A stretch of DNA of 32,000 nt from Wallemia ichthyophaga EXF-994 (lineage: Eukaryota; Fungi; Basidiomycota), in assembly GCF_000400465.1 (NCBI RefSeq), contig NW_008806281.1, forward strand, positions 30,001 to 62,000, written 5' to 3'. This document shows, one piece after another, positions 22,484-32,000 of the stretch. Position 1 is the first letter of the stretch, and the number at the start of each line of letters is the position of its first letter. The position numbers and the translations under genes are program-made. The notes below the pieces were generated by a model. It did not search any database and was not told the origin of the DNA. It saw only the letters and a program-made list of their open reading frames with translations.

Positions 22484-22810
22484 TTTTAAAATTGCTCGTG
22501 GTCGTACACAGGGAAGTCACGGTCGTAAGATTTGAGGGGATGGATTAGATGAATTTTTTGTGCAGGCGGTGAGGCGGCGTGGTGGTGTATATATCTTTAT
22601 GTAATATAAATATATGTTAATATCCTTAAGTGCTTTATTGCTTGATACAGTGCACCGTTCACGATTACAGATGGAAATGGAGGTTGATGAGATGACAGCG
22701 AGATAAACACTGCCAGCTCACCGTCAGCATAAGAATACACCGCCAGTCACTCTGAAATCTCACTTGATTCCCTGCTTCGAATCTCCATTTCTATCTTTAT
22801 CGCCACCACC

Positions 22811-23224
22811 ATGCAGCGCACAATCGCAAGGCTAGCTACTACGAAAGCTACAGTACTACCTCCGCCTACTCTCCCACACTTTCATCAAAAGGTACAGCTA
22901 TCTGATGGCTCGACGATAACAATGTTCACAACGTCGCCGAGATCTGTGATAAAGTCATCCAAGGACACAGGCAACCACGCCGTCTGGAATCCACAGAGCG
23001 TGAAGCTTACCACGGAAGACGAGTCTGGCAGATTGACCAGATTCGCAAAGAGATTCGGTCTCGAGGCAGATGACGGGCCAGAGAAGGGCAGGCTCGAGAG
23101 ACAGATGGCTTTGGGTGGATTCGGCGACCAGGACCTCGAGAATATCGACAGAGAGGCCACAGAGTCTGAAAAGAAGATACAGGCTAAACCAGAACACAAG
23201 CCAGCACCAAAGAAAAAGAAGTAG
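22811..23224 (+). CDS. MRPL36: Mitochondrial ribosomal protein bL31m (yeast Mrpl36-like), 137 aa
   Basis: FHQKVQLSDGSTITMFTTSPRSVIKSSKDTGNHAVWNP and EDESGRLTRFAKRFG match the bL31m pattern; basic presequence-like N-terminus. Confidence 0.85.
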   Translation: MQRTIARLATTKATVLPPPTLPHFHQKVQLSDGSTITMFTTSPRSVIKSSKDTGNHAVWNPQSVKLTTEDESGRLTRFAKRFGLEADDGPEKGRLERQMALGGFGDQDLENIDREATESEKKIQAKPEHKPAPKKKK

Positions 23225-23283
23225 TTGCGCAATTAACTTATTAATACACTAGAGATACATGAGATTGCAAAAACAGTTTGAAT

Positions 23284-24162
23284 TTAAATGGACTTGGGTA
23301 ATTTCTCCTTCCACGCAGTCTCCACGACTTCCATTGTGCGGTAGATGAGATAGAGACCGCGAAAGCTGAGGACGTCCTTATCTCCGTCGACATATGCTTT
23401 GTTCTTGACGCAGTCGAGGTACGGGATCGTTGTGGGGAACTTGAACGATTTTGAGCCGTGTGAGCCATCCAAACGTCTCAACATGGCCTGCTGAATGGAG
23501 TTCCACCTGATTTTATAGTGAGTGGGTTAGCTGGATATTCTAAAAGCCACCTACCATTCGACATGTGCAGCTCTATCGTAATCGCCCTCGTGCTTATTTG
23601 ACATCATAAGATCTTGTGCGATGAGAATTCTTCTAGCCTCCATTTGCCTAGTCTGGTGTAACTTGGCAAGACGTCTGTAGTAGTGTGTCGGCATAGAGTC
23701 AGCGTCTGCATCGCTGAGATTCTCTATGTCAGATTCGAGCGTCAGGGTAGATATCTTTACAGCATCACCTTCCCAGCCCAATTTGGCAGCCACAGCGTAT
23801 GCTCTCAATGGCTCACTGAAAGCATGGTAGAGCAGATCAGCGCGCATCATGTTGAGCACCTTATCGCTGTCGAATTTGAGGGCCAAACAAATGACGGATT
23901 TGATATGATCGATGTTTTTAAATTCGATGGATTGATTTGTGATTATCTGCAATAACGGTTTGAGCTCTGTGGAAGACTCATGCATGTGGATAACTCTGTC
24001 ATCGCCGGCGTTAGATGGCTGCGGGAGATCAAACAAGCTGTTCCAAAAGGCTGAGGTGTTTGATAGGAGCTGGTAGTCAAGATTGAAGTGCACGGAATCG
24101 GAAGTAATTAAGCAGCAATTTCTATCGCCAAGATTATGGCTAAAATCGCTGTCGGTGGTCAT
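23284..24162 (-). CDS. BTB/POZ-domain protein (basidiomycete type), ~276 aa
   Basis: complement(join(23284..23506,23555..24162)); 48-nt intron. LITSDSVHF..LLSNTSAFWNSLFDLPQP..IHMHESSTELKPLL..ALKFD..PLRAYAVAAKLGW is the typical fungal BTB pattern. Confidence 0.8.
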
Positions 24163-24595
24163 GGTTAGAGTACAAGAGTATTCGTTTGTGTTTTCCAAAT
24201 TAAGTAGTCTGCATTTAGAAGTTTGGATGATCCGGGTGAGTTGTTGGAGTAAAACAGTGGGAAAAGACGGAGAGAGGATCAGTGATTGTGTCTAAGTAGA
24301 CCCACTCAATTCATTACAAGCACGCCTCAAAATACTCCCATCGATTTAGCCGATTTGATGCAAATTTTACGCAGGAAATGCAGGAACAATTAATCAAACG
24401 GAGACTTATAGGGTATTGCCTATGCGATATTAAATCTTATAATTCATACTACTGGTCTATGTCTTTGACTTGTTTTACTAACTCTACGTGTTGCAGCGAG
24501 TGATCTGCAGATATCGGATTAAGGTTCAAATGATCACAAGATAATTTCAATCTGCGTTGCACGAAACAATCATCATCTAAATTTTATTTATTAAA

Positions 24596-25878
24596 ATGCC
24601 AATCCCAGTCGAGAGCCTAACGCACTCCAGCGATGAATATATCCACATCCCGCTATCCTCTCTGAAAAAGGCTACAATTAGATCTTCCAGGTGTGTCTGG
24701 TATCTGGAGATAGCCTTGTATATCTGCTAACACCTCCCAGTGATTTCCGCAGCGATGTCGTTACCGTGCCCACCCCTGAAGTACTCGAAGCTATGGTAAA
24801 CGCTACTTTCCACGATGAAATCTACGAAGGCGATGCGACTATTGCTGCACTTGAATCTAAAATGGCTAAAATGGCTGGAAAGGAGGCTGCAATGTGGGTT
24901 GTATCTGGCACGCAGGTGAGTTGAGTGATTTCCCATATAGTTCCAGCCATCTAACGCAGTTTGATCCAGGCTAATCAAATATCCCTACGTACCCATCTCC
25001 ATCAGCCTCCTCACTCCATCCTCTGCGACCATAGGGCTCACATCTACTGCTGGGAATCTGGCGCAATCTCCGTTCTTTCACAAGCCCAATGTACTCCTGT
25101 TATACCACGCAACAGGCGTCATCTTACAGTACACGACATAGCTCATTCTATGATACCAGATGGGAATATCCACTTTGCACCTACAAAAGTTATATCTCTC
25201 GAAAATACGTTGTCTGGTACAATTCTCCCGCTTGCTGAGGCACAGAGAATTAGGCAATACGCACTCAATCACCCTAACAAACCAAAGATGCACTTAGACG
25301 GCGCCAGGCTGTTCGATGCCGTCGTCGCTGAAGGTGTTAGCCTGACTGATTACTGCGATAACTTTGACAGCGTGAGCTTATGTATACAGAAAGGTACTGG
25401 TGCGCCTGTAGGATCCATGATTGTTGGCGACAAGCCTTTCATCGATAGGGCCAAATGGTACAGGAAAATGTTCGGTGGTGGTGCGAGACAACCGGGTATG
25501 CTGGCTGCTGCAGGGATTGCAGCTCTCGACCAAGCTCTACCACTCATAGCACTCACGCAACACAAGGCAAAATTAGTATCAGAATATCTCACAATGGAAC
25601 TGGGGCTAAAATTATCAGTACCCACCGAAACCAATATGATTGTGTTGGATTTGGAAGAGGCAGGTATCCCGCCGCGCGTTTTTAGACACCGCCTCTTCCA
25701 GTTCGGAGTTAGAGTGTTCGATCAGGGTAGACTCGTGTTCCACAACCAAATATCAGACCAGGGCGTGTCGGCGCTGTGTCAGGGCGTGAAGTCACTCGTG
25801 ATTGATGCCAGAATACCCAATAAGTTGGATCAACTGGATCAGGAGATAGAGTATACTGAATCACTGTCTCAAAACTAA
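24596..25878 (+). CDS. GLY1: Low-specificity L-threonine aldolase family PLP enzyme, 392 aa
   Basis: join(24596..24690,24741..24915,24970..25878); introns of 50 and 54 nt. Motifs DFRSD, SGTQAN, HIYCWESG, SLENT, HLDGARL, KGxGAPVGS, RKMFGGG. Confidence 0.9.
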
Positions 25879-26046
25879 TAGGATAAGCGATTTCTTTGTT
25901 TTTCATAGATTATTAATGTTTAACGATTTTATGTTATGGAGACACATAGTGTATGTGTGCCTTGTTTGTACGTCGTGTATGCTGCTTGTGTCTCGTGCGT
26001 GCCGCGTGTATGCCGTGGCTTCACCTCTTACAATATCACCACCACC

Positions 26047-29000
26047 ATGCTCGATGATTTCGTACAGCACCCGAACGAAGCGAGCGGAGTAAAATCCCAG
26101 AAGATGGTAGATGATAATGGCTGGCAATCAGATCCAAACGTGCAGGCGAGTGCGTCATCTCAGCGTGTTCCCTGGCTAACAGCACAGCAGTTGCTGGAGA
26201 TAGAGCACCAAGCCCCGCAAGAAGCTGGAGATGGAATGTTTGAGCTTACGCAGGTTCAATTCACTCCGCCGTCGCACATTGTTCATCTCACCGTTATCAA
26301 CAACTTGATATACATTCTCCTCGAATCGGCGCAGATACTGCGAATAAATCTGCTGCAGGCGGATGTGATAGACAGCATACAGGTGCAAGTACAGGCTATC
26401 TCTCCCAGTGCACGCATCTACGCAGACGCTTCACTCAGGCACTTGCTCCTGGTAGACACCACCGTGCACTACATCCAACCAGACAACAAACGCTCGAAGC
26501 AGCTCCCCAAGATGTCCAAACTCACGCCCAGCTGTGTTCATTTCGTCAACTCGAGGCAGTCGCTCTCCTCGGCTCTTGTTCTCGCAGGCACAGCCGAAGG
26601 CTCAGTGTATCAGGCAGTGATCAACCCAAATCCCTCAGATATTTTCAGAAAGAATAGCGAAGAGCGCCACCTGAAGCAACTTTTCTCGTTCAATGAACCC
26701 ATCGTCGAAATCAATTCACATGTCTACCCAGACCGCAAGAGTGCTCTCGCGATAGTAGTCACCAGATCGCGACTGTACACGTTCATAGGACCATTCGGTA
26801 AGATAGACAATGATGGTGGTGTTGGCCTCGAGACGGTTTTCTCACAGTCGCCCTTCTCCATAAAGATCACAGACGGTGCAGATGCAGGTGCGCATACACA
26901 TACACTTGAGTCGCATGCATCTTTCTACTACAACACCACCAATCGCAGCCCACACACGCACAGCCCGCGCGCTCTGTCGTGGCTATGCGACAGATCGCTC
27001 TACAACGCGTGGCTGGACACGGAGACGCGTAATGCGGAGAAAGTTTGCGCAGGTGCGACGCTCACAGAGGTAGAGGGCGGAGTGCGAGGGGTGCTTCTCA
27101 CCGCATACCACTGTCTATGTCTGTACAATGGCGCGATCAAGGCATACCGCATTCTCGACGGGGCCGTTGTGTGGGATGAGCAAATACCCAAGGGTATTAG
27201 GGGGATGGCGCGCGACAATTTCCACCACACACTCTGGCTTTACTCTGACGACGCCATTTACGAACTTACCATCACTGATGAAGACCGCGATATCTGGAAA
27301 GTCCATCTGTGTAAACGTGACTTTGAAAAGGCGTTGCGAAGCAGCAAGAGCGCCGTCGATCGTGATGTCATTCTCGGAAAGGAGGCTGATCTTTACTTTG
27401 CTCAAGGCAAGTTTATCCAATCGGCTCAGATTTACGCCCAGTCTACGTCTAAACCATTCGAGAGCGTTGTGCTGCAGTTTGTGGAGGTCGACGAACGCGA
27501 CGCTCTCAGATACTACCTAAGCGCTAGATTGGAACGCAGTAAGAAAACTGAATTGACTCAGCGAATGATGCTCGCTACGTGGTTGCTGGAAATATACCTC
27601 GATAAACTCAATCAGCTCGACGATCTTATTAGCGAAAATACCAACGAGGATGCAGAAAATGCCAGAATGGAATTAGAGATGATGATGGATGATGTCAAGG
27701 TGTTTATCAAAACGTATAAGCAGAATTTGGATAAGAATGTGGTATATAAAAGTCTCAAACTTCACGCTAGACTTGATTTGCTGCTTGAGTTTGCGACGTG
27801 CATCGACGATTACAAAGTCATACTCGAACAACACTCGTATCATTGCAGATGGCGAGATATACTGCATGTGCTGGCAGGACAGGTGGGTATTTATCAGCAC
27901 ATGCATTACCACTAAACAAGTCCACATAAGTCTGATCTCGAGCTTCACTACAAGTACGCACCAAGACTGCTGCGCGAGGCTACGCAGCATACCGTCGAGA
28001 TATGGAAGCGGGAGCCCAGACTAGATTTGAAGCGGCTGATACCATCTCTAATACAATGTGAGAAACTTTCCAAGGAGAGCAGAATGCATGCAACGAAGTA
28101 CATGGAATGGAAACTTGATTATGACAGCGTGGACGAACCTATAGCGTACAACGTGTACATTACACTACTCTCCAAAGACGAAGAAAGGGAAGAAGAGCTA
28201 GTAGAGTATCTCAAACGAACGACGACAGCTAGATTTGATATGGATTTCGCTCTCCGTCTGTTTCATAAACGTGGACTTAAGAGGGCTACAATACAGATGT
28301 ATGCGCTAATGGAGCTGTTCGACAGCAGCGTAGATCTTGCTATCGAGAGCGGAGATCTAGATTTAGCTACGGTGTATGCGGATAAACCGGCAGACGATCC
28401 AATCTTGCGCAAGAAATTATGGCTCAGGATAGCAAAGGTGATAGTGCAGGATCGGAGGGATATAAAGAGGTGTGTGTTTGAGAGTTTATACTATTTAACG
28501 AAACTAAATCACTCAGTGCGATGCAGTTCCTCGAAGGATCAGATGTGCTGCAGTTGGAAGACATACTTCCATTCTTCCCTTCGTTCGAAGTAGTGGATGA
28601 CTTTAAGGAGGAGATATGCAACGCATTGGATAGGTATTCATCGCGAATTGAGCAATTGTCGACGGAGATGGACGAGACAGGACATACATCACAACGCATC
28701 AAGGGTGATATGGATAAACTCAAGGATAGAAAAGTGGTCGTTGCTGCAGATGAGAAGTGCGCCATATCAGGGAAAGCGATAAGAGGGAGTGAATTTTACG
28801 TGTTCCCAACGCAGCGCGTGTATAGGGTGGATGCGCTGATCGAGAAGGTAGCGACATACGCAAAGCCAGAGACGCTACGGAGGATCGTAGAGTTGCAGGC
28901 GGAGATAGAGGGAGTGAAAAACATGCATCAAGCGAAACCAACCAAGGCAGGATTTAGTGGAGAGAGGCTTAGGGAGTTGGTGGTGCCTTCGACAATCAAT

Positions 29001-29159
29001 CAGATATTTAACACGAACAACAAGACATCTAAGAGGAAGGATGTGGTTAAGCTGCGGAAAGAGCTCGATGAGATACTGTCCAAGTCAGATCCGTTGGTGG
29101 AAGAGAGCGTGGTGAACGTAGACAAGCCATTCAGAAGGAATGAAAAGTGGGAGATATGA
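26047..29159 (+). CDS. VPS18: HOPS/CORVET core subunit Vps18 (Pep3), ~1005 aa, with degenerate C-terminal RING
   Basis: join(26047..27882,27931..28469,28517..29159); introns of 48 and 47 nt. Motifs WLYSDDAIYEL..EDRDIWK, AQIYAQST..FESVVLQF, QRMMLATWLLEIYLDKLN, LQLEDILPFFP.F.VVDDFKEEIC, FYVFP, DKPF. Confidence 0.93.
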
Positions 29160-29276
29160 AATGACGAATGAATAGCAAGAAAAAATAAAAATAAAACATT
29201 TTTATAATTTTTGACGTTTACCTGTGAAATATAAGTGTTGTGTTGTTGATCTCGTACCCTAAACGTGAAAGTGAAA

Positions 29277-31142
29277 ATGGATGAAGAATTATTCCCTGTG
29301 GCATTGCTGCTTGATGAATTGAAGTGGGTAGATAATCACTTTAACCAATTAGAAAGCTTAGAGCAATTACAGATCTGACGACGTTACATTGCGCCTAAAT
29401 GCTATTCACAGAATATCAACAATCGCTTTGGCACTTGGCCCAGAAAGAACGCGTGATGAGCTCATTCCTTTCTTGCAAGATTCCCTCGACGACGAAGATG
29501 AGGTTCTCCTCGCTTTAGCCGAGGAATTGGGATCTTTCACTGAGTACGTAGGTGGAAAGGAATACGCGCATGTAACGCTCTCACCGCTGGAGTCATTGGC
29601 TGGTATGGAAGAGACGCTTGTCAGGGATAAGGTGGGTTACTCTGGCGGTTTATACGCCAGCAGCTCACCCACACTCAAAAACAGGCTTCAGAATCCATAA
29701 ACAAAATCGCTACAGATTTGTCTAGCGAGCAGGTGGAGACTGACTACCTCCCACTTCTCCAACGACTTACCAATGGTGACTGGTTCACTCCACGTACCTC
29801 TGCTTGCGCTCTCTTCGCTTCAGTCTACCAAACCGCAAATGAAAGTACGCGCAATGAGCTCCGTGGACTTTTTAAGAAACTCACAAACGACGATACTCCA
29901 ATGGTTAGAAGATCCGCTGCTAAGAATCTTGCTGGTTTCATAAACGTCCTTGAGCCGAATGAAATTTTCTCTGAATTCATCGACGTTTATAAGAAATTAG
30001 CCATTGATGATCAAGACAGCGTTAGATTGCTCACCGTAGAAGCATTGATCACAATCATGAAGAAGCTAGACAAATCTCAAGTTAACTCTGAGCTCTTGCC
30101 TTGTGTTCGAGCTGCATGCAACGACGCTTCTTGGAGAGTTAGATTCATGGTTGGCCAGAAGTTTGTTGAAATGGCTGAATGCGTCAATCAAGATATCATT
30201 CGTGATGAATTGGTACAGGCTTTCGTTAACTTGTTAAAGGATAATGAGGCAGAAGTTAGAACTGCGTCCGCTTCTCAAATACCTGGCGTCGCTAAATTTG
30301 TTGATCAAGAAATAGTTTTGGCAAAGATATTGCCCGTTGTGAGAGATATTGCAGGTGATCAATCACAACATGTTAGAGCAGCCGTTGCGAATGAATTATC
30401 AGGATTAGCACCATTATTGGGTAAAGATGAAACAGTTGAAAACGTTTTACCAATTTTCCTTCAACTTTTGAAAGATGAATTCCCAGATGTTAGATTAAAC
30501 ATCATTTCAAGACTTGATAAGGTGAATGATGTGATTGGTATTGATTACCTTTCAAAGGCATTACTACCCGCAATCTTTGAGTTAGCAGAAGATAAACAAT
30601 GGAGAGTTAGACAAGCAATAATTGAGTATATACCACTTTTAGCAAAACAATTAGGCGTAGAATTCTTCAATGAGCAATTGGGTAACCTTTGCATGTCATG
30701 GTTGGGTGATACAGTATTCTCAATAAGAGATGCAGCGACTATAAACTTAAAAAATTTGACAGAAGTGTTTGGATCAGATTGGGCATCACAAACGGTAGTA
30801 CCAAAGGTGGTAGCAATGGGAAATCACTCCAACTACTTATACAGAATGACGACAGTATTTGCGATAACGACAATGTCACCTGCATTACAACCAAAAGTGA
30901 TTCAAGAGCAAATATTAACGATAATATTATCATTAACGACAGATGCAATTCCAAATGTTCGATTCAACGTTGCAAAATGTTTAGAAGTATTGAGTGGAAA
31001 CCTACAACAAACACCAGAAGGACAAGAAGTAATCCAAAGAGAAATTTTACCTGCGGTGGACAAGCTGAAAGAGGATCCAGATGCAGATGTGAGGTACTTC
31101 TCAAATAAAGCAATTGAGTCAATTACAGGTGTTAAAAACTAA
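29277..31142 (+). CDS. TPD3: Protein phosphatase 2A scaffold (A) subunit, HEAT repeats, 587 aa
   Basis: join(29277..29323,29373..29631,29685..31142); introns of 49 and 53 nt. Motifs [84 protein letters not shown]. Confidence 0.97.
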
Positions 31143-31232
31143 TTATAATTGTAATTAACGATTTAACTTTTTTATTTGATTGAGTCATCGAGTCATCATC
31201 TAGTTATTGAGTCTGTCAATACCGTGATCACA

Positions 31233-32000
31233 ATGGATTCAAACGAAGTGATCACGCTTGATCACGCAGAGCCCAGCCATTCATCATCGCCGTTAAATAG
31301 ATTACAGCAGTCACCTTCACATTCCAGCCTCGGTGTTTCAAAGTTGCTGTCACTGCCCGCTATCAATCTCAGTCTACACTCGTCTATAGTGTTTCTACAT
31401 CCACGACTCAACGATAACAATGAGGACGATGATGGCAGTGTTAGTCTACCACCACCTTCTTCTGAAGATGAGGATGTTATCCGAGGTGTGGTTGAGCTTT
31501 ACCTGCCATCATCACGTAAAATACACGGGATAGAAGTTAGGTTAATTGGATCTCAATGTATTAACTTCCCGAGTGGTGCATACGAGACTTTTCCAGTTCT
31601 CGACAAGTTTGTCGAGATAGATAAGACTTATTTGGAGAAAGGCACGCATAAATTTGAGTTTTCAATTATTATTCCATCTTCAACGCCGGGGTATGAGAGG
31701 TGCGCCTATGGGCGGGTGTACTACTATGTACGAGCCAAAGCGATAAGTGCAGGACCGCTCGGATTTGATTTAACGGATTCGAGGGAGGTGCTACTCGTTA
31801 TTAACCCCAATCCTGAAGGAGAACCGAGTGGATTGAGCTGGCACCACGATCAGATAATCGACGGTCTTGGAGCTATGTCTATAGATGTAGAATCTACCCA
31901 TCTTACTATCGGCGGACCTGTTCATTTACGCCTCCACCTCCACGAACCACCAAAGGGCGCCACGTTGCATTGCATCAATGTGTCGTTGCTGCAATATATC
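31233..32000 (+). CDS. Arrestin-N-like (alpha-arrestin) protein, 5' part, runs off the window
   Basis: Stop-free frame from ATG 31233 to the window end (my translation; absent from the ORF track). Contains IRGVVELYLPSSRKIHGIEVRLIG and LEKGTHKFEFSIIIPSSTPGYERCAYGRVYYYVRAKA, an arrestin N-domain pattern. Confidence 0.75.
   Translation, partial: MDSNEVITLDHAEPSHSSSPLNRLQQSPSHSSLGVSKLLSLPAINLSLHSSIVFLHPRLNDNNEDDDGSVSLPPPSSEDEDVIRGVVELYLPSSRKIHGIEVRLIGSQCINFPSGAYETFPVLDKFVEIDKTYLEKGTHKFEFSIIIPSSTPGYERCAYGRVYYYVRAKAISAGPLGFDLTDSREVLLVINPNPEGEPSGLSWHHDQIIDGLGAMSIDVESTHLTIGGPVHLRLHLHEPPKGATLHCINVSLLQYI

Noticed and set aside
22680-22761. C/D snoRNA-like layout (TGATGA...CTGA) upstream of MRPL36
   Set aside because: Imperfect k-turn and terminal stem, no C'/D' boxes, and no rRNA-antisense guide recognised (the ACACCGCC stretch resembles rRNA sense, not antisense). 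It also overlaps the MRPL36 core promoter.
7803-23224. Apparent cluster of mitochondrial genes (IRC3, M16, DLD2, MRPL36)
   Set aside because: Unrelated processes, interspersed with other genes; expected by chance in a compact genome.
24596-25878. GLY1-like gene as a fungal alanine racemase (TOXG/cssB type)
   Set aside because: It has HFAPT rather than the Cys-containing loop I recall for those racemases, and no NRPS or cluster genes are nearby.
4041-29228. Identical 12-mer TTTACCTGTGAA upstream of SWC4 (4041) and TPD3 (29217)
   Set aside because: About one such match is expected by chance among several kb of AT-rich intergenic DNA.
1-32000. Transposons, CRISPR arrays, rRNA, telomeric repeats, stop-codon readthrough PTS1 signals
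   Set aside because: No transposase or reverse-transcriptase motifs, long repeats, repeat-spacer arrays or TGA-CTA readthrough contexts were seen at the stops I checked.

Overview
Gene-dense fungal nuclear DNA with about 19 protein-coding genes and one tRNA-Lys(CTT) in 32 kb. It has 25 hand-traced GT-AG introns, 24 of them 43-63 nt, and intergenic gaps mostly under 400 nt. This architecture and the basidiomycete-type proteins suggest a compact genome such as Wallemia (inference, not verified). Gene order: Cys-motif/Ser-rich hypothetical (+), F-box-like (-), SWC4 (+), NCS1 Fur4-type permease (+), IRC3 helicase (-), M16 metallopeptidase (-), OHCU decarboxylase (-), DLD2 (+), ~1000-aa charged coiled-coil orphan (-), tRNA-Lys (-), TatD (-), SEC9 (+), RPL38 (-), MRPL36/bL31m (+), BTB protein (-), GLY1-like threonine aldolase (+), VPS18 (+), PP2A scaffold TPD3 (+), partial arrestin-like gene (+). 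I see no mobile elements, CRISPR arrays or biosynthetic cluster, and no clear new multi-gene system. Best leads: (1) a VPS18 whose RING-H2 has lost 7 of 8 zinc ligands; (2) an outlier 162-nt structured intron in RPL38 (candidate snoRNA or regulatory RNA); (3) TatD and SEC9 start codons only 42-51 nt apart head-to-head; (4) a possible dual-start, dual-targeted M16 peptidase; (5) a dense GATA cluster upstream of the NCS1 permease. Exon structures were traced by hand from splice signals and reading frame. No database searches were run.
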